Below, piece after piece: positions 22,787 through 31,788 of a stretch of DNA of 64,000 nt. The stretch is from Dehalococcoidia bacterium (GTDB lineage Bacteria; Chloroflexota; Dehalococcoidia; Lucifugimonadales; VXLM01). A program made the translations under genes and the position numbers. A model generated the notes under the pieces. It saw nothing but the letters and a program-made list of their open reading frames with translations, did no database searches and was not told where the DNA came from. The first letter of the stretch is position 1, and every line of letters begins with the position of its first letter. The stretch lies in contig OY759598.1 of NCBI GenBank assembly GCA_963662435.1, positions 1,768,507 to 1,832,506 of the forward strand, written 5' to 3'.

Positions 22787-22871
22787 CCACCGTATTTTGC
22801 TGGAGTTACAAGTACAGGTTCCATGTGATTCTGGCAGCTTACCTAAAGCACCCTAACCCTCTCCCACGACG

Positions 22872-24595
22872 GAGGCTGTCTCATAAGTAGGTTGCCTTAT
22901 TGAAAATACAGAGGTTCTAGGGGTAAGTTTGTGTTGTTGCACCTGCTTTAGGAGAAGTGGCATGCCATTTCGGGACTTCAATCGGGAACAGGGGTGGCTT
23001 CTGCCGCCTGATCTGGGAGAGTTAGTAGGCCCCAATCATCCCGCACGATTCGCCGCGACCTTTGTGGACTCTCTCGATGAGGAGACGTGGAAGGAGTTGG
23101 GGATCGACCTGCGAGGCGATCCTATGGGAGCATCGTCCTATCACCCTCGCGCGTTGCTGAGCGTGTGGATATATGGGTTCATGACGGGTGTGCGTTCCAG
23201 CCGCAAGCTGGAGACGGCCTGCCGCGAACAGGTGGCCTTCATGTGGCTGACCGGGAGGCAGAGGCCGGACCACAACACGCTGTGGAGGTTCTACAGGTCT
23301 CACCGAGAGCGGATGAGGGTTCTCCTGAGTCGCACGGTGCGCACGGCTGTGAAGGCCGGCTTGGTGGACTTGGCGCTTCAGGCGGTGGACGGGACACGAA
23401 TCGCCGGTAACGCGTCCAGTGACCGCACCTACGACGCGGAGGGTCTCAGACGGCTCTTGGAGCGTACGGAAGCAGCCATTGCGGACCTGGAAGCAAAGAA
23501 CTCGACCGGAGGGGAGCCTGCACCAGTCGAACTACCATCGGAGATTGCGAGCGCCGAGGCATTGCGCGACCGAGTGGTCGACGCCCTTGGCCTCGTGCTG
23601 GAGGAGGAGGGAGCCAACCACGCGAACCTTACCGACCCTGACGCGGGGCTGCTCAAGAGCAAGGAAGGTGGCGTTATAGCCGGCTACAACGCCCAGTCGA
23701 TGGTGGCGCCCATCACGTCCGGCGATGCCTCCGGCATGATCATCACGGCTGCGGATGTGACCTCCGGCTCGGACGACCACCCGCAGCTCGTTCCGATGAT
23801 CCAGGCGTCTGCAGAGAATACGGGGACAGACCATGCGGTGACCGTCGCCGACGCCGGATATCACTCAGGGACCAACCTTGCCGACTGCGCGTCCTCCGGA
23901 CACCGCGTGCTCATGCCGGACACTCATAACCGCAGACGCCGCTCCCCGTACCACAAGGACCACTTCACGTACGACCCTGAGAACGACACATACCTGTGCC
24001 CGAATCAGCAACCTCTCATCTTCAAGGACACGTTCAGACACGCGAACGGCTACAGACTCAGACGCTACAGGGCCGAGGGTGCGCTCTGCCGTACCTGCCC
24101 TGCCTTTGGAGAATGCACCACCTCTACCAACGGTCGAACCATAAGAATCAGCGAATACGAACCTGAGTTGAGACGACACAGAGAGATGATGTCTACCGAG
24201 TCTGCCAGGGCGAGTTATAAGCGGCGTCAGGGGCTGGTTGAGCCGGTGTTCGGCCTCCTCAAGGAGCATCACAGCGCCAGGCGGTTCCTGCTGCGAGGCC
24301 GCGAGAACGTCCTCTCCGAGTGGTGTCTGCTGGCTGCGGCGTTCAACCTCAAGAGCCTTCACAGGGTGTGGAGTGCCGCCTCGCCGTCGAACTCGCCTCA
24401 CACCGGCTCGCCACGACTACATCCACGCTGTGGTCGCGGCGCCACTGATGCCGCCCACAACCGCTTGGCACCGTTGTCGACGGCCCGACCACGAATCGCC
24501 ACTCGCAGACTCTATAGAGTCTACCGGTCATCCCCCATCACATCCCCAGCGTGTACTCAATCACTGCACGCCACGTGAAGCTATGAGACAGCCTC
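22872..24595 (+). mobile_element. IS1182-family insertion sequence
   Basis: Terminal IRs GAGGCTGTCTCATA (22872-22885) / TATGAGACAGCCTC (24582-24595); 5-bp TSD CGACG (22867-22871 and 24596-24600); single transposase. Confidence 0.92.
22962..24578 (+). CDS. IS1182-family DDE transposase
   Basis: LLPPDL, YHPRALL, SSRKLE, PDHNTL, AVDGTRI, TDPDA, GYNAQ, ADAGY, VEPVFG, AAFNL. Confidence 0.93.
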   Translation: MPFRDFNREQGWLLPPDLGELVGPNHPARFAATFVDSLDEETWKELGIDLRGDPMGASSYHPRALLSVWIYGFMTGVRSSRKLETACREQVAFMWLTGRQRPDHNTLWRFYRSHRERMRVLLSRTVRTAVKAGLVDLALQAVDGTRIAGNASSDRTYDAEGLRRLLERTEAAIADLEAKNSTGGEPAPVELPSEIASAEALRDRVVDALGLVLEEEGANHANLTDPDAGLLKSKEGGVIAGYNAQSMVAPITSGDASGMIITAADVTSGSDDHPQLVPMIQASAENTGTDHAVTVADAGYHSGTNLADCASSGHRVLMPDTHNRRRRSPYHKDHFTYDPENDTYLCPNQQPLIFKDTFRHANGYRLRRYRAEGALCRTCPAFGECTTSTNGRTIRISEYEPELRRHREMMSTESARASYKRRQGLVEPVFGLLKEHHSARRFLLRGRENVLSEWCLLAAAFNLKSLHRVWSAASPSNSPHTGSPRLHPRCGRGATDAAHNRLAPLSTARPRIATRRLYRVYRSSPITSPACTQSLHAT

Positions 24596-24755
24596 CGACG
24601 GGAGAGGGGATAAGAGCATCTCTTTTCGACTGTCACATTCAAATGGGAACGGTACGAGGTTGTGCCGAGCGTTCGTTCTCAGACTTCGGACTCAGCGTCG
24701 TCGAAAGTTGCCTCACTTGGTGCGATACAAGAGCTCCGCACGTTAGGATGTACGC

Positions 24756-25334
24756 ATGACTCTATTTTCGTCGAGACGGGAACGTCGCCTTTGGGTGTGG
24801 ACGCTTGTCGTCGTGGGCGTGCTCTACTCGACCCTCTGGGTGACACCGATGGTGGCCGCTTCACCGCTGTTCAGGAACCTGAACGCGGCGCTGTTCTTGC
24901 TAGGCATGATGCTGGTCGGAGCGACTGTCGTTGTCCGGGGCCTGAAGTTACGACTGACAGGTCTGAACCTCAGCGTCGTACTCGGCGTCGTGGCGACCTA
25001 CGTCTTGGTGTTCGTGAGATTCACCAGCACCGAGGAACGCAGTCACCTCATCGAGTATGGAGTCATCGCCGCCTTCATTCATGAAGCACTGGAGGAGAGA
25101 GCGAGCCAGGGCAGATTCGTTCCCTTCCGCTCGGTACTAGCAGTCCTCGTTACGGCATTGATTGGAGTGCTTGACGAATTCATACAGCATTTCATTCCCA
25201 ACCGGGTGTTTGATCCATTGGACATCGTCTTCAACACCATGGCCGCTGTGTTGGCGGTAGCGGCAATCGCCGCCCTGGGTTGGGCGCAAAAACGGACCCG
25301 GACGTCCTGGTCGGACCAGACTGATCACGAGTGA
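24756..25334 (+). CDS. VanZ-like membrane protein
   Basis: TM helices; EERSHLIEYG, GVLDEFIQHFIPNRVFDPLDIVFN. Confidence 0.8.
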   Translation: MTLFSSRRERRLWVWTLVVVGVLYSTLWVTPMVAASPLFRNLNAALFLLGMMLVGATVVVRGLKLRLTGLNLSVVLGVVATYVLVFVRFTSTEERSHLIEYGVIAAFIHEALEERASQGRFVPFRSVLAVLVTALIGVLDEFIQHFIPNRVFDPLDIVFNTMAAVLAVAAIAALGWAQKRTRTSWSDQTDHE

Positions 25335-25476
25335 TGCGCCGGTCCTGAGCGGGCTGGCTGCGGTGAGCGCAGGGGAGGATGGCGACCTGACTACATCAAT
25401 TCCACGCCCGCCAGCGTATTTGTGGGCGTTCCTGTATATTTGGCGTTTGAATGATCCGAATGTGGAGGACGAATAG

Positions 25477-25869
25477 ATGGTCGGCATGATGGTTTTCGGC
25501 ATTGTTTTGGTAGTGGCGGGGCTATCTCTCTCGCTCTTCTTCGATGTTGCGGCCACCCTTCTCATTGCCGTTGGGATAATCATCGCCATAGTGGGAGGGG
25601 CGTCGGCGGTTTACGGCGGGGCGCTGGAGAAGGTATGGGGAGTGGCAGTGCTGCTCGTCGGCCTAGCCCTTGCCGTGCTTGGCGTGTTCATGAGTTTCTT
25701 GCTCGATCTGTGGATCTTGCAGTGGGTCATCCGTTTCGGCGGAATGATCATGGTGGTCTGCGGAGTCATCATGGCGGGGATCGGGCTGATCGGAATGTTC
25801 AAGGGCGATGATGAAGACAGGCGCATCGAGAAGTTGGTAGAGAAGAAACTCAAGAGGATGGAGCGATGA
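25477..25869 (+). CDS. Small four-TM hypothetical membrane protein
   Basis: GGAGG RBS; hydrophobic Gly-rich helices; charged tail. Confidence 0.65.
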   Translation: MVGMMVFGIVLVVAGLSLSLFFDVAATLLIAVGIIIAIVGGASAVYGGALEKVWGVAVLLVGLALAVLGVFMSFLLDLWILQWVIRFGGMIMVVCGVIMAGIGLIGMFKGDDEDRRIEKLVEKKLKRMER

Positions 25870-25963
25870 GCTTTTGAACAGGAGCCGACGTTCTCGAGCG
25901 TGATACCATACTGAGTGATTGATCTTTGATGACGGTAATGCACGACAAAGGGAGCGAAGGCTC

Positions 25964-26776
25964 ATGGTTGACGTACTCCTTTCCCCCGACGATCGGTTCA
26001 CTCTCGGTTCGCTCACGGCGAAGCGCGACTTGATAGAAGACTCGCTCTCGACTGACATGAGAACGAGGGTACGTCGTGTCTTGAGCTGGCTAGAGCGAGC
26101 TCGACAGGAGGAGGACGATCAGGACGGGGCGTTCATGTTTTATTGGATTGCGTTCGAGGCCGTCTACGCCGAGTGGACACGTGAAGCGCAGACTCAAAGG
26201 GGAGATTTCAGAGAATTTTTTGAGAAAGCGGCGGCGGCAGACACGCGGAACACAATCAGGGACGAAGTCTTGGGCGATCTCGCCGATACGATCCTGGAAG
26301 TAGTTGCTAACCCCTACATATTCGAACCGTTCTGGGACTGCTACAACGGGAACTCGGACTCGGACGACGAATGGCAGGAACTTCTGATCAGTGACGTGGA
26401 GCGGGTGAGCGTTCGGCTTGAGGATGGGGATGCGGTCGAGTCGCTGGCCGCGGCATTCGAGCGTCTGTGCGTCGTCCGTAACCAGATATTTCGCGGCGAG
26501 GCGACGTGGAACCGGTACGTGAATCGGAGCCAGATCAAGGATGGCACGGAAATTCTGGCGTTCGTCGTCCCCGTGCTGGTGGATCTGATTCTGGACAAGC
26601 CAGAGGTGTTTGATCGTCCGTCCCGTTACCCGTCCGTAGAGAGCGATACGGCGGAGACGGTCGAGGACGTGGCGGACTATGCTATTGCAGTGAACGTCCA
26701 CAGGCGCATCCGCGACGGCCAAGAACGGGTGTACTCGTCCGCCGAGGTGAGGAAAGAGCTTGGCCTGGACGATTGA
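25964..26776 (+). CDS. HEPN-like domain protein with a RelB-like antitoxin C-terminal tail
   Basis: RVLSWLERA, FMFYWIAF, RNQIFRGEATW (RxxxxH site with H replaced by R); tail VEDVADYAIA...ERVYSSAEVRKELGLDD overlaps relE; alternative TTG start at 25919. Confidence 0.7.
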   Translation: MVDVLLSPDDRFTLGSLTAKRDLIEDSLSTDMRTRVRRVLSWLERARQEEDDQDGAFMFYWIAFEAVYAEWTREAQTQRGDFREFFEKAAAADTRNTIRDEVLGDLADTILEVVANPYIFEPFWDCYNGNSDSDDEWQELLISDVERVSVRLEDGDAVESLAAAFERLCVVRNQIFRGEATWNRYVNRSQIKDGTEILAFVVPVLVDLILDKPEVFDRPSRYPSVESDTAETVEDVADYAIAVNVHRRIRDGQERVYSSAEVRKELGLDD

Positions 26777-27026
26777 TTACTCTCGCGCGGCGAAGGCTCG
26801 ACTCAAAAAACTCAACAGAAACACGGCTCGACGCATCACGGAGTACATGGATGAGCGCGTAGCGTCGTTGGACAATCCGCGGAGCAGGGGCAAGGCTCTC
26901 AGTGGTCCCTATAGTGGCTACTGGCGCTATCGTGTAGGCGACTATCGCGTTATCTGCGATATTCAAGATGGCGCCCTGTATATTTTGGCACTGGCAGTTG
27001 AAAGACGTGACAAGGTATACCGCTAA
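26760..27026 (+). CDS. relE: RelE/ParE family type II toxin
   Basis: MAWTIDY, NPRSRGKALSG, YWRYRVGDYRVICDIQD, RDKVYR. Confidence 0.9.
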   Translation: MAWTIDYSRAAKARLKKLNRNTARRITEYMDERVASLDNPRSRGKALSGPYSGYWRYRVGDYRVICDIQDGALYILALAVERRDKVYR

Positions 27027-27093
27027 GGAGCGGCGCTAGACTCTGCTCCAAGCATCTGCTTTAATCCGAGAAATCTTCGCCGAATTACGACCT

Positions 27094-27762
27094 GTGTTCC
27101 CCACCCTTTCGATTGACGGACTTCGTCGGCTCTTGCCCGCGGCAGCAGCAGGGGTGTGCTTGGTCGTGGTTTCGGCGGCCTGTGAGGAAAAGCCTGATAT
27201 GCAATGGGACTCGGCGCCGGCAATGGAGATCGATTCGGGGAAGCAGTACACAGCGACCATCGAGTTGGAGAAGGATGGCGGGAGGGTCGAGGTGGAACTC
27301 TACGCCGACAAGACCCCGACTATCGTGAACAATTTCGTGTTTCTTGCGAGGCAGGGGTACTACGACGGCGTGACGTTCCACCGGGTGATCGAGGGGTTCA
27401 TGGCGCAGACGGGAGACCCAACCGGAACGGGACGAGGCGACCCTGGTTACCGGATCGATAACGAGTTTCACCCGGAGGCCCGACACGACGGGCCCGGCGT
27501 GCTCTCCATGGCGAATGCTGGCGTCCAGGGAGGTCGAGGAACGAACGGCAGCCAGTTCTTCATCACGTTCGTGGCGACACCCTTTCTGGACGGTCTGAAC
27601 CCTGACGGCTCCGCCAAGAACTGCTCGCGCGAGTCGTGTCACCCCGTCTTTGGGCGGGTGGTCGAGGGGATGGACCAAGTATTCGCGATTTCCCCACGCG
27701 ATCCGGGGTCGGCGCGAGAACCGGGAGACCGGATTCGGACGATTACGATTTCCGAGCGGTAG
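27094..27762 (+). CDS. Cyclophilin-type peptidyl-prolyl isomerase, probable lipoprotein
   Basis: YYDGVTFHRVIEGFMAQTGDPTGTG, LSMANAG, TNGSQFFIT, HPVFGRV; lipobox-like SAAC. Confidence 0.92.
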   Translation: MFPTLSIDGLRRLLPAAAAGVCLVVVSAACEEKPDMQWDSAPAMEIDSGKQYTATIELEKDGGRVEVELYADKTPTIVNNFVFLARQGYYDGVTFHRVIEGFMAQTGDPTGTGRGDPGYRIDNEFHPEARHDGPGVLSMANAGVQGGRGTNGSQFFITFVATPFLDGLNPDGSAKNCSRESCHPVFGRVVEGMDQVFAISPRDPGSAREPGDRIRTITISER

Positions 27763-27773
27763 GCGCGGGGATT

Positions 27774-27972
27774 CACCACAGAGATCACAGAGACCACGGA
27801 GTCGGCGAATAGTGGAACTGGAGGCAGTTACCGACTTCCCTACACGGCTCCGTTCGTCCTGAGCTTGTCGAAGGGCGCGCGGGGCGTAACGAAGCCCAGG
27901 GTGAACGGGGGGTGTTTGCATCTCTGCCGGTATCGCCTCCCCCCGGCTCTCTTCCTCGATGGGAGAGGGGGT
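27774..27972 (+). repeat. REP-like mosaic block (F, inverted B plus partial B, degenerate A)
   Basis: CACCACAGAGATCACAGAGACCACGGAG; CGTTCGTCCTGAGCTTGTCGAAGGG; ...GGGAGAGGGGG. Confidence 0.7.
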
Positions 27973-28048
27973 CTGTTGAGCCATTGCCGTGAAGAAACGT
28001 TCCCTGCCCTGTCGGACCGGTGTTGGTCGTGTGCGGTAGAATCCTGCG

Positions 28049-29269
28049 ATGAGCTATGTTGTTGACCTGCATGATCACTCGCGATATGCGTACGCCACGA
28101 GCAAGGCGCTGGATTTCGAGAGTCTATCCCGACACGCCAAGATCAAGGGTATTGACCTGCTTGCGAGCGCCGACTTCACGCATCCTGAATGGTTCGATGA
28201 GTCTCGCAACAAGCTCAGGGAGACCGGCGCGGGGCTGTTCGAGTACGGCGGGACGTCGTTCATCCTGGGCACCGAGGTCGAGTGTCATGGGAAGCAGGGC
28301 GGGCGAAACCGGCGCGTTCACGTTCTAGTGTTCGCCCCAAGTCTTGATTGCGTCGAGCGCATCAATGGGGCGCTGGGGCGATACGGCAGGCTGGACGCGG
28401 ACGGGCGACCTTCCTTGGGGATGCTGCCGCGCGAGTTGCTTGGGCTGATCAAGGACATCGACGCGAGGTGCTTCCTGATTCCGGCGCACCTGTGGACGCC
28501 GTGGTTTGGGCTGTACGGCTCGAAGTCGGGTTACGACTCGCTGGAAGAGTGCTTCGGAGACGACGCCTGTGAGATCCCAGCGATCGAGACGGGGCTGTCG
28601 AGCGATCCGGCGATGAACTGGAAGGTCCCCTCACTGGACGACGTGGCGATCATGTCGTTTTCGGACGCGCATTCCGCTCCGAACTTGGGGCGCGAGCTGA
28701 CGGTGATGAACGGCGAGATGACATACGACGGCCTGGCTGAGGCCATGCGGAAACAGGATATTGCCTACACTGTGGAGTTCTTTCCGGAGGAGGGGAAGTA
28801 CCACAGTTCGGGGCATCGGGCCTGTGGCGTGAGGATGAGTGCGGAGGAGGTCCGCGAGGACGGGGCGACGTGCCAGCAGTGCGGACGCCGGGTTACGGTG
28901 GGAGTGTCGTATCGTGTGGAGGAGCTTGGCGGGAGGCAGGTGAACACGTGGACCGGCGAGGATGGGCTGGTACATGGGGACACGGGACGTCCGCCGTTCA
29001 GGTCGATGGTGCCGTTGCGAGAGATCTTGTCGGAGAGCCTCGGTTTTGGGGTAAAGACGAAGCGCGTTGCTGGGGTCTACGATGAGCTGGTCGAACGGTT
29101 TGGGTCCGAGCTTTCCGTGCTGATGGAGGCTTCGGTTGATGAGATTGGGCTGGTTTCGGATGAGAGGACGGCGGAGGGCATCGACCGGGTGAGGAGGGGT
29201 GACATTCGTATCGAGCCGGGATATGACGGGATGTATGGGAAGGTTAGGGTGTGGGGTGGATGTACGTAG
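28049..29269 (+). CDS. Endonuclease Q family protein (PHP domain plus Zn finger)
   Basis: DLHDHSRYA, DFTHPEW, PAHLWTPWF, ETGLSSDP, SFSDAHS, FFPEEGKYH, CQQCG, PGYDGMYG. Confidence 0.88.
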   Translation: MSYVVDLHDHSRYAYATSKALDFESLSRHAKIKGIDLLASADFTHPEWFDESRNKLRETGAGLFEYGGTSFILGTEVECHGKQGGRNRRVHVLVFAPSLDCVERINGALGRYGRLDADGRPSLGMLPRELLGLIKDIDARCFLIPAHLWTPWFGLYGSKSGYDSLEECFGDDACEIPAIETGLSSDPAMNWKVPSLDDVAIMSFSDAHSAPNLGRELTVMNGEMTYDGLAEAMRKQDIAYTVEFFPEEGKYHSSGHRACGVRMSAEEVREDGATCQQCGRRVTVGVSYRVEELGGRQVNTWTGEDGLVHGDTGRPPFRSMVPLREILSESLGFGVKTKRVAGVYDELVERFGSELSVLMEASVDEIGLVSDERTAEGIDRVRRGDIRIEPGYDGMYGKVRVWGGCT

Positions 29270-29389
29270 GGTGCGTTGGTTGGGTTAGGGTTCGTCCTTC
29301 GACTGGTTCAGGGTGAGCGGGGTTGGTGGGGTGGCGTTCAGCACGCGGGGCTTGTGGCGTGGCATAATATCTGGCCCGGAGGTGAGAAC

Positions 29390-29947
29390 ATGCCAGACCA
29401 GACTATTTCTCTAAGGCACGTATCGAGGGAGGACGTTGATCGGCTGAAGGGTTGGCTGGATGACGACGAGGTGGCGGAGAGCTGGTTCGGGCGGTACTCG
29501 TACGGCAATCCGGCTCACCTGGGCTACAACCCGAACGAGATCGCGGAACTAGGCGAGGAGGAGTTGGGGGATATCTTCGATGATCCCACTCACCACATTC
29601 TGTCGGTCTACACGGAGGGGGGAGAGCACATCGGCGAGTTTCACGTGGCGATCGAGGAGATGTCGGGTGACGGGCAGATCTCGATCCTGATCGGCCGGAA
29701 GGATATGTGGCACAAGGGCTATGGGACGGCAACCATGAGCGCGGGGCTGAACTTGTGCTTTGGCAAGTGGGGGCTGTATCGCGTCTGGGTCGATGTGCCG
29801 GAATACAACACGTGGGCCAGGAGGATGTTCGATCGGCTTGGTTTCACGCACGAGGGTACGCTGAGGAAGAGCCGTCCTCATGAGGGGGCGAGATTCGATT
29901 CGGTGGTGATGGGGATGCTCTCTACGGAGTACTGGCAGGAAGGGTAG
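29390..29947 (+). CDS. GNAT family (RimJ/RimL-like) N-acetyltransferase
   Basis: GGAGG RBS; WHKGYGT, LYRVWVDV, GFTHEGTLR. Confidence 0.85.
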   Translation: MPDQTISLRHVSREDVDRLKGWLDDDEVAESWFGRYSYGNPAHLGYNPNEIAELGEEELGDIFDDPTHHILSVYTEGGEHIGEFHVAIEEMSGDGQISILIGRKDMWHKGYGTATMSAGLNLCFGKWGLYRVWVDVPEYNTWARRMFDRLGFTHEGTLRKSRPHEGARFDSVVMGMLSTEYWQEG

Positions 29948-29975
29948 GAGGGTCGGTACGAACGCAGGAGGGGTC

Positions 29976-30149
29976 TCACCGCAGAGATCGCGGAGGCCGC
30001 AGAGTCTGGAGAAATAGGGTGCAGCGGCAATGCCTTGGTGTGCCACTGAGGGCCGGGTGTGGACTGCGGGGATTTTGGATTCCTCGCTCCGCTCGGCTTG
30101 ACAGACAAGGGGGTTGGGGTGCTGGATTCCCGCGTGCGCGGGAATGACG
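29976..30149 (+). repeat. REP-like mosaic block (F, half of G, C)
   Basis: CACCGCAGAGATCGCGGAGGCCGCAGAG; GATTCCTCGCTCCGCTCGG; GGATTCCCGCGTGCGCGGGAATGAC. Confidence 0.8.
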
Positions 30150-30182
30150 ATTGGGGGTGTGGGGTGTGTAAGGTAGGGTCGA

Positions 30183-31418
30183 TCAGGCGGGTGTGCTCCC
30201 CTGCCCTGTTGAGGGTGCAGAGGACTCGGCTGTGAGGCGGTCGAGGAGGGCCTGACGCTTTTCGTGGTAGTCGGTCTCGCGGACTTTGCCCTCTTCCAAT
30301 GCGCGATCCAGGTCGGCGATTTGGGAGATGATGGCCGAGTGGGGATCGCCTTTGGATATCGGGCCTGTCGAGGTACGGGCCCCGAAGAGTCCCTCGCGGC
30401 GGGCCAACGCCAACGCTATGAGTGAGAGCATGAGCAGACCGAGCAGGGCCGGGGCCGCCAGCTCGTAGGGGATGTCGGTTGCGGTAGCCTTCGTCCTGTC
30501 CCAGAGGGTTGCCTGGGGGAGCGAGGAGATCCGGAGTGAGGCGCGGGACTCGCGGGTGATGTCCGACGCCTCAATAAGCTGGTAGCTCTTCTCGCCAATC
30601 TGTACCTCGCCGGGGTCTCCCAGGTCGGCGCTCGACAGGTCACCGATCTCGTACGGAACGAGGATGCGAGCATTGTCCGCGCCGTAGAGGTAGGACTTGT
30701 CGAAGGCAACAGAGTCTCCCTCGTAGCCAAAGTTGTAGGAGAACATGACCTCGTGTTCGCCGGGCGGGACGTTGGCCGTGATGGCAAAGCCCCTATCGAC
30801 CTGGATGGCGTCTGCGGCAACGAGTCCGGTGTCGATCTGAAGGCCCTTGGCTCCGGGCGGGAGTCCGAAGCGGAGGAGGTCCATGGGTTGGGGGCCAGGC
30901 ACGTAGGTGCGGTCGCTTGAGTTTAGGACGTTGACGATTTCCAGCGCGTAGACGTCTTGATTGATCTTGTCGACCTGCGGGATGAGCAGGGATGAGCTCG
31001 ACACTTCCAGAAGAGAGTCATCGTCGGAGGTCTCGTAAATGGTCACGAGCAGTGGAGGGAACGTCTCCTGTCGAAGGTCGATGTCGGTACCGTAGACGAC
31101 GCCCTGGTAGCGAATGGTCACCCCGTACAGGGCATCGGGGTCAAGGGGAACGTTTTCGAAACTGAAGTTGCCCTTGGTGTCGGTGATTGTGGCTTCCTCT
31201 TCGTATGTGTCAGGACCCTGTTTGTGCAGGGTGACGGTGAGTCCGAACGGGGGGAGTGAGTTTTCGGTGCCGTTGACGATCTGGCCCTTGACGTCGCGGA
31301 GTTGGACGGCGTCCTGAGCGGCGACGTTGAGGATTGAGGCGGCGAAGAAGACCGTCAATAGTCCTGCGGCACCTATCTCCAGCAGCCTACGCATCGCTCG
31401 TCGCCTCGTTGTCGTCAT
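30183..31418 (-). CDS. Exported protein with carboxypeptidase-regulatory-like domain and C-terminal TM (ccm-cluster associated)
   Basis: Signal peptide, VKGQIVNGT...TDTKGNFSF, C-terminal IADLD..EEGKV..DY motif; start uncertain. Confidence 0.6.
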   Translation of the reverse strand: MTTTRRRAMRRLLEIGAAGLLTVFFAASILNVAAQDAVQLRDVKGQIVNGTENSLPPFGLTVTLHKQGPDTYEEEATITDTKGNFSFENVPLDPDALYGVTIRYQGVVYGTDIDLRQETFPPLLVTIYETSDDDSLLEVSSSSLLIPQVDKINQDVYALEIVNVLNSSDRTYVPGPQPMDLLRFGLPPGAKGLQIDTGLVAADAIQVDRGFAITANVPPGEHEVMFSYNFGYEGDSVAFDKSYLYGADNARILVPYEIGDLSSADLGDPGEVQIGEKSYQLIEASDITRESRASLRISSLPQATLWDRTKATATDIPYELAAPALLGLLMLSLIALALARREGLFGARTSTGPISKGDPHSAIISQIADLDRALEEGKVRETDYHEKRQALLDRLTAESSAPSTGQGSTPA

Positions 31419-31776
31419 CGCTTTCAGGTGAGGTACCCGTGATGCCCTCGCGGACGGCCCTGACCTCCTCGGCTACGGTTGCTAGAAGCTCCTCTTCCTG
31501 CTGGTCCTCCAATTCCATCGACTTCATGATGGCCGCGGCCTCGAGCATGTACTGCTCCCGCAGGTCGAGGTAGTCTTCCTCGGTGAGGTTGCCGATGGCA
31601 TGTTCGAGCTCGGTGCTTTTGAGTCCGGCAATTGCGGCTTCCCACCGGCGGGTGAGCTCGGAGTAGGTGGATGTCTCATCGCGAAAGACGGATGAGAGGC
31701 CCCTTTTGAAGACGAAGGGGTAGAGAATCGCGGCGGCCGGAATCAGAGCCAGAAGGACTGCGATGAGAACGAGCAT
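31387..31776 (-). CDS. CcmI-like small membrane protein
   Basis: N-terminal TM ending YPF; ELEHAIGNLTEEDY; lies downstream of ccmF. Confidence 0.55.
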   Translation of the reverse strand: MLVLIAVLLALIPAAAILYPFVFKRGLSSVFRDETSTYSELTRRWEAAIAGLKSTELEHAIGNLTEEDYLDLREQYMLEAAAIMKSMELEDQQEEELLATVAEEVRAVREGITGTSPESDDDNEATSDA

Positions 31777-31788
31777 GGCCTGCTGCTC

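Noticed and set aside
22790..27050. Integrative island at tRNA-fMet
   Set aside because: Accessory-looking genes, but no integrase and no duplicated tRNA 3' end found
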